Made by a program: the position numbers and the translations under genes. A stretch of DNA of 63,322 nucleotides from positions 1 to 63,322 of the forward strand of contig NW_003314462.1 of NCBI RefSeq assembly GCF_000143415.4, given 5' to 3'. Every line of letters begins with the position of its first letter. Positions within the stretch are counted from its first letter, which is position 1. This DNA comes from Selaginella moellendorffii. Lineage: Eukaryota; Plantae; Lycopodiophyta. The notes beneath the pieces are model-generated. The model saw only the letters and a program-made list of their open reading frames with translations. It was not told where the DNA came from and ran no database searches. Shown one piece after another: positions 16,814-26,984 of the stretch.

Positions 16814-19633
16814 ATGCCAGCGACGCCACCGCCACCTTTACCATCTGCTGCTCTAGTGCCTATTCCAGACAGTCACGACGTCATGGACCCCTCACCGCTC
16901 ATGCCACCAGGGCCAGCAGCACCAGGGAGCTCCAACCACGCCATGGCTACTGCAGAGACAGGTTACGCTCCAGTTCCTCCAGCTCCAGTGCTCCAATTTG
17001 AGCTGGGAACCACGTCACGAGCTACCTCGTCGCGTGAACACTCCCAGCTCCTCGCTGAGGCCATCTACGACGAACGTGCGTCGCACCGACCACTCTCGCC
17101 GTACCTCAAGCGAGTTCTGGACACTAGACGTGCGCTGCGGCTCCGCACCACGCATGTCATCACGGCTCACATTGAGACGCGTCTGGAGAACCTAGAGCAA
17201 GACGACACTCTTTCGAGTGTTGCCAACTTTTTCTGCAATGAGGCACTACGTTCGGCATTGCAGCGACCTCCCACCTCCTCTGACACGGCCACACCACAGA
17301 ACTCCTCGGACTCTGTGGCGCGCAGCCCTGACATGAGCAGGCTGCAGCAGAGTATGAGACACGGTCCACACTCTGCTGCACAGGAGCGCTGCATGGCAAA
17401 CACGGCAGCGTCGCCCGCGGTAAATTGCGACAGCCCGACATCGGAGCAGGAGGTTTCCCAGGCTGAGGGCACTGAGCACGTGGTGCATGTGGAACACGCT
17501 ACTGAGCACGTGGCGCATGTGGAACACGCTGCTGTCCAGCCAATGCGCCGGTTCCCCATGCCGGATCTGCCACGTGCACTTCGAGCCCCACGCCATCAGA
17601 GAGACCTCCGCTCTTTTTACGTGGAAAACTTTCCACATCGCTACGTCAGGTCTCAATTCCAGGATGCGTTTGAGTCCCTCCTACGGGACCGTGGAGCCTA
17701 CCCGCATGGGGTCCTCCCTGCCAACCCTGGCCCCTTGACTGCAGAGCCGAGTGCTACAGCGATGCGACGGATCTTCCCACCACCCGTGGTGCCGAATCCC
17801 GTTTCATCCCCGCCCAGGCCTGCCCCTGCCATGGCAGCAGAGCAGCGACCCCCATCGGAGAGAGGCCTTCCAGGACCTGGCCCACTGCGACAGCCCTTGC
17901 GACAGCCTCCGTCACCCGCGACGCATGGCTCTGTCTCACGACCTGTCCAGCCCAGGCCCACCACGTCCCACCGACAGGAGCAGCCAGTGTCTACGCCTCC
18001 GCGCCCGACACCTTCGCCGCGGACTCGACGAACACCTCCTCACACCTCGATGCCAGAACGGCCGTCCACACCTCGCTCTCCGGAGGCTGGACCGCCGCCC
18101 CTGACACCACGGGCCTCACCAGCACAGCGGGCACCCTCGACACGCACGACACGGACGCAGGCATCTCCGCGTGCAGCATCACAGGAGCTGCGACGTCCTC
18201 CCCCTGCTCCAGTGGACCCTCCGGTTGCTCCGCCACCGCGAGACCACCCAGCAGCACAGGGGACACGCACAGATGCTGAGGCCATCCCTCCCCAGCCAGA
18301 GCGATGCTCAGGCCAGCCAGCTCCGGGACGAACGCCCGAGCCACCGGCTGCGCCACCTCCGCCACTGGCCACTGGAGCAGAAGATGGCTACACACTTGGA
18401 GGCTTCAAGAACATCGATGGAGCCTTCAACAGCATCCTTGCGAGCTCCCTGCGAGAATTTCTGCAGGAGTACAACACTCTGGTGTCGTCGAGATCAGCTC
18501 TCCAGGGCCTCAAGGACCTGAAAGAGCAGAAGAAACGCCCGCAGTCGCTCCGCACACGCCCACCGAAGCTCAAGGTGTCTCGACATGCCCAGGACGGCCT
18601 CACGAGCAGAATTGCTGAGGCGCACGAGCGCTACCTCACGGAGCTGCACGACATTCTCATTAAGGCTCGCGAGGACGAGATCGAGACACTCCAGAGGCTC
18701 GTCTCCTCGGGTCTCAGGGATCTCTTTCGCAGCCGACTCGAGGATCTTGTCACCTCCACACTCAGCTACTGCAGCGCCACAGAGCACGATGCCGTCTACC
18801 ACCACCTGCTCGCCCTCAAACAACGGTGTACCCTCAAGTTCCACACTGAGACATCGTTCTTTATGGCCGGCAAGGGAATCGAGCACCGAGCGCAGACGAC
18901 AGCGACGCGGCGATTGGAGGAAGCCATCGATGCGGCGAACGCCTCTGCGGATGCCCTCCCCAAAGAGCAGACCATGGCAGAGCTTGTGAACGCCGCTGTT
19001 ACGAAGGCCCTCCAAAGCCAGCGACATGCCACGCCGTCGAATGCAGGAAAAAAGAAGAGAAAGCGAGAAAAGAAGAACAAAGCGCGAGAGCAACGTGACG
19101 GCACACCGGGTAAGCATGCGCAGGAATCGAGCAAGAGGCACCGCGTCTCCTTCGCCGCCAACGCCGACGAAGCTGGATCCCGGTCGGCAACACCCGCCCG
19201 CAATGACCAGGGAAACGGACAGCGGCGGAACGGGGCTACTGGGACTCCTCCCACCCGTTCCGCTGCATCGGCTTCTTCTTCGAGGGGGACTCCGCGCCGG
19301 ACATCTCCAGCCCGGCCTGGTTCCCGCGAAAAGAATGCTGGACGCGATGGCCCTCACCGTTCTGGCCGCAGCAGCTCCCCACAGCGGCGCCCACGCTCCA
19401 CGACACCGGCACCGGTCACCTCAGGTCCCCAGCGACCTCGAGGACGTTCACCGACCAGAGGCAGCAAGGGAGCTCGCACACGCAGCCCTCGACCTCGCCC
19501 TGGACGGAGCCAGACCCCTGCCAGCCGCAGGAGCAGGACCCCAGCACCACGACGCCGCTCTCGCTCGCGCTCACGTTCGCCAACCGCCAAAGTCCCCATG
19601 AGGGGAATCCTCAAGACTACTGGTCACCACTGA
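16814..19633 (+). CDS. PLE ORF1
   Basis: Near-identical to 10199-13018. Confidence 0.88.
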   Translation: MPATPPPPLPSAALVPIPDSHDVMDPSPLMPPGPAAPGSSNHAMATAETGYAPVPPAPVLQFELGTTSRATSSREHSQLLAEAIYDERASHRPLSPYLKRVLDTRRALRLRTTHVITAHIETRLENLEQDDTLSSVANFFCNEALRSALQRPPTSSDTATPQNSSDSVARSPDMSRLQQSMRHGPHSAAQERCMANTAASPAVNCDSPTSEQEVSQAEGTEHVVHVEHATEHVAHVEHAAVQPMRRFPMPDLPRALRAPRHQRDLRSFYVENFPHRYVRSQFQDAFESLLRDRGAYPHGVLPANPGPLTAEPSATAMRRIFPPPVVPNPVSSPPRPAPAMAAEQRPPSERGLPGPGPLRQPLRQPPSPATHGSVSRPVQPRPTTSHRQEQPVSTPPRPTPSPRTRRTPPHTSMPERPSTPRSPEAGPPPLTPRASPAQRAPSTRTTRTQASPRAASQELRRPPPAPVDPPVAPPPRDHPAAQGTRTDAEAIPPQPERCSGQPAPGRTPEPPAAPPPPLATGAEDGYTLGGFKNIDGAFNSILASSLREFLQEYNTLVSSRSALQGLKDLKEQKKRPQSLRTRPPKLKVSRHAQDGLTSRIAEAHERYLTELHDILIKAREDEIETLQRLVSSGLRDLFRSRLEDLVTSTLSYCSATEHDAVYHHLLALKQRCTLKFHTETSFFMAGKGIEHRAQTTATRRLEEAIDAANASADALPKEQTMAELVNAAVTKALQSQRHATPSNAGKKKRKREKKNKAREQRDGTPGKHAQESSKRHRVSFAANADEAGSRSATPARNDQGNGQRRNGATGTPPTRSAASASSSRGTPRRTSPARPGSREKNAGRDGPHRSGRSSSPQRRPRSTTPAPVTSGPQRPRGRSPTRGSKGARTRSPRPRPGRSQTPASRRSRTPAPRRRSRSRSRSPTAKVPMRGILKTTGHH

Positions 19634-21477
19634 CCAGTCCGTCTAAGGCTATCCTCGACATTGCGGGACAACGGCCAGTCTCGAAGTTCGAGAACCGAGT
19701 GGAGACTGGAGCTGTACACAACCTCTCGAGCAGGACTCTCTCAGCTGCCGAGATCCGTCTCCTCTCCCTCGGCCTGAGGTACATCCCGAACCCGGCACCG
19801 CTCAGAGCCCCACAGATCGTGGAAAGCTCTGATGCTCTCTGCCGAGCCGTCCGACTCCGTCACCTCTTCAAGGACGACGACTCAGCCCTGCCGGAGTTCC
19901 GAGTACCAAACCCGAGCTTCGAGCCGCCTCCAGCACCAGCGCATGTGGAACGACGCCTAGCACACTTGCGAGGCAGCCTGCTCCACAGGCTTGAAGGAGC
20001 ACACAAGCCTCGCTCCTTCGCTCACGGTTGGAAGAAGCGTGCCCTCCGCTCTCTCGCGACGGACACCTCCATCGTCATCAAGCCCGCGGATAAAAACCTT
20101 GGAGCGGTGATTCTGGATCGCGATTGGTACACGAGGGAGGCTCTGCGCCAACTGAACGACCCACTCGTTTATGTGAAGATCCCCTCCGTGCCATCCAAGG
20201 CCCTCCAGGAACGCCTCGCCGAGCTCATCACAAAGTACCGCAGCTGCTCGTGGCTCGACAACTCCACGCAGCAGTTCCTGCTGCACCAGCCCGCCGTACC
20301 CCGGCAGGCTTGCATGCTGTATTTTCTTCCGAAAATACACAAGCAGCCAATAAAGGGCCGGCCAATTGCGAGCTATATCGGCACTTTGTGGGAGCCCCTC
20401 GCGCGGTGGCTTCACCGCCAGCTCTACAACATCCTGCTGAAGCAGCCAACGTTTCTTGCTGATTCGCTCACGCTGCTGCAGGACCTCCTCCACCTACGGC
20501 TCCCACGGGACTGCTGGCTCTTCACGTTCGACGTAGAGAGCCTCTACCCAAGCATCCCCACACGAGAAGGTCTCCAACGCCTCCGCGACTTTGTGTTTGC
20601 CGAGTACGGCAACACCACACGCTCGCGGTTCCTCATGGCTGCGGCTGCCCTCGTTCTGGAGCACAACTACGTGGAGTTTGACGGTAACATCTACCAGCAG
20701 ATCCGCGGCACAGCAATGGGCTCCAACTTCGCGGTGGTCTACGCTTGCCTCTTCCTCTGCTCTCTCGAAGCCGAGTACAAGCATGCCACCAACGACTGGC
20801 CCTTCTACCTACGAAGGTACATAGATGACGGAGTGGGCATTTGGACAGGTACACGAGCAGGCCTCGAACGATGGCTCCGAGGATACGGCACGCTGTGTCC
20901 TTCGATCAAGATCACCTCGGTGATCTCGCTCGAAGAGTTGGATATCCTCGATATCCACTTCTTCAAAGGCCCTCGCTTTGAAGAGACAGGCTGCCTCGAC
21001 TCGTCCACGTTCCAGAAGCCGCTCAACGCCTACCAGTACCTCCCCTGGACGTCGGTTCACCCACGGCACCAAAAAGTGGCATTCATCCGCAGCGAGCTCC
21101 GGAGATACCTCCTCCGTGAGAGCACGGCCGATGGATTCTACGCCATGCGCACGCGGTTCTACCACCGCCTCCGTGCCCGAGGATACCCGACCTCCTTCCT
21201 CCACCACTGCTTCTCCGGCATCTCCTACGACCAGCGACATCAAGCTCTCCTTGCACGTTCGCGCCGCTCTAGCGACGCCTGTCGACGGGCCCCCCTCGCC
21301 TTCAAGCTGCCCTACACACTCCACAGTGCGCAGCTAGGCTTGGGGGACATCCTAAACCCTAAACAGGTGATGGATGAAGCTCCCACAGACACACTCCCCC
21401 GAGTGATCACGTGCTGGAGACGCTCCCCGAACCTCGGTTCATTTCTGGTCAGGGCTAAGCTCCCTCTGCGAGCTTAG
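19207..21477 (+). CDS. PLE reverse transcriptase ORF2 (variant B; slippery site 19210-19216; track start 19699)
   Basis: Same RT motifs, intact. Confidence 0.92.
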   Translation, partial: PGKRTAAERGYWDSSHPFRCIGFFFEGDSAPDISSPAWFPRKECWTRWPSPFWPQQLPTAAPTLHDTGTGHLRSPATSRTFTDQRQQGSSHTQPSTSPWTEPDPCQPQEQDPSTTTPLSLALTFANRQSPHEGNPQDYWSPLTSPSKAILDIAGQRPVSKFENRVETGAVHNLSSRTLSAAEIRLLSLGLRYIPNPAPLRAPQIVESSDALCRAVRLRHLFKDDDSALPEFRVPNPSFEPPPAPAHVERRLAHLRGSLLHRLEGAHKPRSFAHGWKKRALRSLATDTSIVIKPADKNLGAVILDRDWYTREALRQLNDPLVYVKIPSVPSKALQERLAELITKYRSCSWLDNSTQQFLLHQPAVPRQACMLYFLPKIHKQPIKGRPIASYIGTLWEPLARWLHRQLYNILLKQPTFLADSLTLLQDLLHLRLPRDCWLFTFDVESLYPSIPTREGLQRLRDFVFAEYGNTTRSRFLMAAAALVLEHNYVEFDGNIYQQIRGTAMGSNFAVVYACLFLCSLEAEYKHATNDWPFYLRRYIDDGVGIWTGTRAGLERWLRGYGTLCPSIKITSVISLEELDILDIHFFKGPRFEETGCLDSSTFQKPLNAYQYLPWTSVHPRHQKVAFIRSELRRYLLRESTADGFYAMRTRFYHRLRARGYPTSFLHHCFSGISYDQRHQALLARSRRSSDACRRAPLAFKLPYTLHSAQLGLGDILNPKQVMDEAPTDTLPRVITCWRRSPNLGSFLVRAKLPLRA

Positions 21478-22315
21478 CCACGTCTTGTACCGCACTTTGC
21501 AAGACACGGACACTTATGTTTGCATCTTTCTCCGCGTACCCGATGACTCCCAGGGTCTCGCCGATGGACTTCAGGTATGTCCCAAGTCACTCCAGGCCAC
21601 CCCCCTTTCGAGTCAACGCCCGGTCAACGCGGAGTCAACGGTCAGAACGGAATATTCCCCAATATTCCGACTGTATCCCTGTTGACCGAGTCAAAACGGC
21701 ATATACCCTTGGATTCTGCTCTTCCTTCCGATCGTGAATATGTGAGTTTCAACTCTGAACTCCACACACGACTCGTGGAAAAGCATGTTTTCCATTAAAA
21801 CGGCGCCGCTCCCTCGACATCGGCGACACATGCCGACAGCTCGCAGGATGGCTCTCCCCCATGTAACCGCTGGACTCCGGGTATGTATGAGTGACCTCAG
21901 GCCCTCCACCATCCCAGTCCACACACGGTCAACGCGGGGTCAACGGTCAACGACCGAATATTCCGAGAATATTCCCTGCAAAGTGAACCACGTTTTTCGC
22001 CCCCGGGTACGTACAAGTGACACAAGCATTGTGGACGTAACGCATGCATCATATCATGCCGCGTTTACAAGTTATCTTGCGTCGAAGGTACGTCACCCGC
22101 CGGACGAACGCTTACTGTCTTCGGCGATTCGCCGAAGTCATTCTCCGCGACTACCACTGCTGTGGAGTAACCAACACCAGCTGTGCTACGTTCGCATCCT
22201 CGCGAGCCAACGCCGCCATGCACCTCGCATGGCTGCCACTCGGACTCGCGCCACGTGACAGAGCCAGAATATAAGTAGAGCCGGCACCGAGCTAGGGTTA
22301 GGGTAGACGTTAGAC

Positions 22316-22368
22316 GACTACACCCGGCTGATGAGTCCCAAAAAGGACGAAACCGGTCTCGGGTTGTC
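22316..22368 (+). ncRNA. Hammerhead ribozyme copy
   Basis: Identical motif. Confidence 0.92.
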
Positions 22369-24164
22369 TCTTGTCTTCTCCCTCGCTCGCGAATGAATGA
22401 AAATTCATTCTCTTGCCTCCTCTACTTGCTCTCGATCACGCCGTCTCGACAACGGCACACGGAGAATGTGGATTGCACAAAGTGGCGCCGCGATCTCGCC
22501 GGATTGCAGCACCACGGGGTGCCTTTGACCCTAAACGCCTAAACGCGCCTAAATCCTAAACTCTCTGCGGTTCAAAAGCATCCAAGCGGGCCTCACCAGC
22601 TTTGCTTGGTTGCAAAAGTACATCCCACGCACCAAGTAAGCTTAAGTTCTCACATTGTTTCTCTTGTCTCCAACAGAATCCAGTAAATTCGAACAAGAAT
22701 CTCCTAGAATCGGACCTCTCTGCCAATGGAAGGCCAACACAACTCCATGCATTGGCTCTGGAACAGGAGAAACGAGCCACAATGCCCCTCACTCCCCTCG
22801 CACGGGTCTGGCACAGCAAATCTCCAGGCCGGGCATTTGTACTGGCCTCTGCGCGCTGCATCCCACCGCCAGAGTGCCACAAGAATCCCCACCCGGAGCT
22901 GCTCACTGCCACTAAGAGTCTGGGAGCTAGCTTGAAATCTCCACTTAGCAGTTCTCCTGGCGTCTAGCGCAGCCCAGCTCCCCTGTTTTGGGTCCGGCAC
23001 AGCAAATCCCTCACAAGGGCTTTTTACCTCCTTTGGCTTGCTGCTTCGGCACCACCAAAGGACCACTAAAAACGCCATGAGAATGCTGCCTGCCACTCAG
23101 AGCGCCCAAGCTGCCTAGACATTTGCCACAGAACTGCGAAGAATCCACCCAATCTGAGAGCAAACACACTGCCCGCTCACGTTGCTGCTCTCTCTCCCTT
23201 CTCGCCCATCCTCCACCGTCAGATCCCCTTGATCCAACGGCCCACAACGGTCAAGCACTGAGCGCAAAAAATTCTAAGTCCCCGCACTTAGTTTTTGTCT
23301 CTTGCTTTTTGTCTCTTGTGGCTACGGAGTGGGGAGCAACGGGAGAAAGCACGTGAGCGCAGCAGCTGTGTTTTTGAGCCTGCCAGACTACGGCTTAAGG
23401 TCTGCCCTGCCCTCCCCTCCTCTCTGGAGGAAGGGCTCCTTCGTTCTGTTCCTCCTCGCCTGGGGCTAACCCAAAATCGCCACAGCAGCCGCCACAGCAG
23501 CTCGGCCCTGCCAGCAGCAGCAGCCGCCGACCCAGCCAACGCCAGCAGCTGCCGCGGCCGCCACAGCACGACCAGCTGCCCGCGGCTGCCACACCCAGCG
23601 CTCGGGCGAGCACCCGCCGCCCAACGCGCCGCGGCTTGGCCGGCCCAGCAGCGCCAAGCAGCACCACGGGCTGCTACGCACTGCTGCACGCCGCCAATCG
23701 CCGCCCAGGGCCGCCCCACGCGCCCCCACGCGCGCTGGATAAGCACTCGCCGCCACAACCACCGCCTGGGCAAGCATTCGCTGCCCAACGAGTGGCTGCT
23801 CGGCTCGGCCTAGCAGCGCCAAGCAGCATCACAGGCTGCTGTGCGCTGCTGCACCATCCCGCGCCGCCCAGTACCGCCTGGTACCGCCTGGCATCGCCCT
23901 GCGACGCGCGACGCCGCCCATACCACGCAGTACCGCCCGTACCGCCCGGCACCGCCCAGCGACGCGCTACACCGCCCGGCATCACCCAGCGACGCGCGGT
24001 ACCGCCCAGCGACGCGCGGTACTGCCCGTACCGCCCGGTACCGCCCAGCGACGCGCGGTACCACCCGTACCGCCCGGTACCGCCCCGCGCCGCCCAGCGC
24101 CGCGCAGCGTCTCTAGCACCGCGGCTGCCCCCAGCACTACGGCTGCCACCAGTGACGCCCAGTG

Positions 24165-26984
24165 ATGCCAGCGACGCCGCCGCCACCTTTACCATCTGCT
24201 GCTCTAGTGCCTATTCCAGACAGTCACGACGTCATGGACCCCTCACTGCTCATGCCACCAGGGCCAGCAGCACCAGGGAGCTCCAACCACGCCATGGCTA
24301 CTGCAGAGACAGGTTACGCTCCAGTTCCTCCAGCTCCAGTGCTCCAATTTGAGCTGGGAACCACGTCACGAGCTACCTCGTCGCGTGAACACTCCCAGCT
24401 CCTCGCTGAGGCCATCTACGACGAACGTGCGTCGCACCGACCACTCTCGCCGTACCTCAAGCGAGTTCTGGACACTAGACGTGCGCTGCGGCTCCGCACC
24501 ACGCATGTCATCACGGCTCACATTGAGACGCGTCTGGAGAACCTAGAGCAAGACGACACTCTTTCGAGTGTTGCCAACTTTTTCTGCAATGAGGCACTAC
24601 GTTCGGCATTGCAGCGACCTCCCACCTCCTCTGACACGGCCACACCACAGAACTCCTCGGACTCTGTGGCGCGCAGCCCTGACATGAGCAGGCTGCAGCA
24701 GAGTATGAGACACGGTCCACACTCTGCTGCACAGGAGCGCTGCATGGCAAACACGGCAGCGTCGCCCGCGGTAAATTGCGACAGCCCGACATCGGAGCAG
24801 GAGGTTTCCCAGGCTGAGGGCACTGAACACGTGGTGCATGTGGAACACGCTACTGAGCACGTGGCGCATGTGGAACACGCTGCTGTCCAGCCAATGCGCC
24901 GGTTCCCCATGCCGGATCTGCCACGTGCACTTCGAGCCCCACGCCATCAGAGAGACCTCCGCTCTTTTTACGTGGAAAACTTTCCACATCGCTACGTCAG
25001 GTCTCAATTCCAGGATGCGTTTGAGTCCCTCCTACGGGACCGTGGAGCCTACCCGCATGGGGTCCTCCCTGCCAACCCTGGCCCCTTGACTGCAGAGCCG
25101 AGTGCTACAGCGATGCGACGGATCTTCCCACCACCCGTGGTGCCGAATCCCGTTTCATCACCGCCCAGGCCTGCCCCTGCCATGGCAGCAGAGCAGCGAC
25201 CCCCATCGGAGAGAGGCCTTCCAGGACCTGGCCAACTGCGACAGCCCTTGCGACAGCCTCCGTCACCCGCGACGCATGGCTCTGTCTCACGACCTGTCCA
25301 GCCCAGGCCCACCACGTCCCACCGACAGGAGCAGCCAGTGTCTACGCCTCCGCGCCCGACACCTTCGCCGCGGACTCGACGAACGCCTCCTCACACCTCG
25401 ATGCCAGAACGGCCGTCCACACCTCGCTCTCCGGAGGCTGGACCGCCGCCCCTGACACCACGGGCCTCACCAGCACAGCGGGCACCCTCGACACGCACGA
25501 CACGAACGCAGGCATCTCCGCGTGCAGCGTCGCAGGAGCTGCGACGTCCTCCCCCTGCTCCAGTGGACCCTCCGGTTGCTCCGCCACCGCGAGACCACCC
25601 AGCAGCACAGGGGACACGCACAGATGCTGAGGCCATCCCTCCCCAGCCAGAGCGATGCTCAGGCCAGCCAGCTCCGGGACGAACGCCCGAGCCACCGGCT
25701 GCGCCACCTCCGCCACTGGCCACTGGAGCAGAAGATGGCTACACACTTGGAGGCTTCAAGAACATCGATGGAGCCTTCAACAGCATCCTTGCGAGCTCCC
25801 TGCGAGAATTTCTGCAGGAGTACAACACTCTGGTGTCGTCGAGATCAGCTCTCCAGGGCCTCAAGGACCTGAAAGAGCAGAAGAAACGCCCGCAGTCGCT
25901 CCGCACACGCCCACCGAAGCTCAAGGTGTCTCGACATGCCCAGGACGGCCTCACGAGCAGAATTGCTGAGGCGCACGAGCGCTACCTCACGGAGCTGCAC
26001 GACATTCTCATTAAGGCTCGCGAGGACGAGATCGAGACACTCCAGAGGCTCGTCTCCTCGGGTCTCAGGGATCTCTTTTGCAGCCGACTCGAGGATCTTG
26101 TCACCTCCACACTCAGCTACTGCAGCGCCACGGAGCACGATGCCGTCTACCACCACCTGCTCGCCCTCAAACAACGGTGTACCCTCAAGTTCCACACTGA
26201 GACATCGTTCTTTATGGCCGGCAAGGGAATCGAGCACCGAGCGCAGACGACAGCGACGCGGCGATTGGAGGAAGCCATCGATGCGGCGAACGCCTCTGCG
26301 GATGCCCTCCCCAAAGAGCAGACCATGGCAGAGCTTGTGAACGCCGCTGTTACGAAGGCCCTCCAAAGCCAGCGACATGCCACGCCGTCGAATGCAGGAA
26401 AAAAGAAGAGAAAGCGAGAAAAGAAGAACAAAGCGCGAGAGCAACGTGACAGCACACCGGGTAAGCATGCGCAGGAATCGAGCAAGAGGCACCGCGTCTC
26501 CTTCGCCGCCAACGCCGACGAAGCTGGATCCCGGTCGGCAACACCCGCCCGCAATGACCAGGGAAACGGACAGCGGCGGAACGGGGCTACTGGGACTCCT
26601 CCCACCCGTTCCGCTGCATCGGCTTCTTCTTCGAGGGGGACTCCGCGCCGGACATCTCCAGCCCGGCCTGGTTCCCGCGAAAAGAATGCTGGACGCGATG
26701 GCCCTCACCGTTCTGGCCGCAGCAGCTCCCCACAGCGGCGCCCACGCTCCACGACACCGGCACCGGTCACCTCAGGTCCCCAGCGACCTCGAGGACGTTC
26801 ACCGACCAGAGGCAGCAAGGGAGCTCGCACACGCAGCCCTCGACCTCGCCCTGGACGGAGCCAGACCCCTGCCAGCCGCAGGAGCAGGACCCCAGCACCA
26901 CGACGCCGCTCTCGCTCGCGCTCACGTTCGCCAACCGCCAAAGTCCCCGTGAAGGGAATCCTCAAGACTACTGGTCACCACTGA
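24165..26984 (+). CDS. PLE ORF1
   Basis: Near-identical to the other copies. Confidence 0.88.
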   Translation: MPATPPPPLPSAALVPIPDSHDVMDPSLLMPPGPAAPGSSNHAMATAETGYAPVPPAPVLQFELGTTSRATSSREHSQLLAEAIYDERASHRPLSPYLKRVLDTRRALRLRTTHVITAHIETRLENLEQDDTLSSVANFFCNEALRSALQRPPTSSDTATPQNSSDSVARSPDMSRLQQSMRHGPHSAAQERCMANTAASPAVNCDSPTSEQEVSQAEGTEHVVHVEHATEHVAHVEHAAVQPMRRFPMPDLPRALRAPRHQRDLRSFYVENFPHRYVRSQFQDAFESLLRDRGAYPHGVLPANPGPLTAEPSATAMRRIFPPPVVPNPVSSPPRPAPAMAAEQRPPSERGLPGPGQLRQPLRQPPSPATHGSVSRPVQPRPTTSHRQEQPVSTPPRPTPSPRTRRTPPHTSMPERPSTPRSPEAGPPPLTPRASPAQRAPSTRTTRTQASPRAASQELRRPPPAPVDPPVAPPPRDHPAAQGTRTDAEAIPPQPERCSGQPAPGRTPEPPAAPPPPLATGAEDGYTLGGFKNIDGAFNSILASSLREFLQEYNTLVSSRSALQGLKDLKEQKKRPQSLRTRPPKLKVSRHAQDGLTSRIAEAHERYLTELHDILIKAREDEIETLQRLVSSGLRDLFCSRLEDLVTSTLSYCSATEHDAVYHHLLALKQRCTLKFHTETSFFMAGKGIEHRAQTTATRRLEEAIDAANASADALPKEQTMAELVNAAVTKALQSQRHATPSNAGKKKRKREKKNKAREQRDSTPGKHAQESSKRHRVSFAANADEAGSRSATPARNDQGNGQRRNGATGTPPTRSAASASSSRGTPRRTSPARPGSREKNAGRDGPHRSGRSSSPQRRPRSTTPAPVTSGPQRPRGRSPTRGSKGARTRSPRPRPGRSQTPASRRSRTPAPRRRSRSRSRSPTAKVPVKGILKTTGHH

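Larger units (their letters stand above)
16018..22553 (+). mobile_element. PLE copy 4, truncated within the 5' UTR, both ORFs intact
   Basis: Starts at TTTTGAGCC of the 5' UTR and is joined seamlessly to copy 5. Confidence 0.95.
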
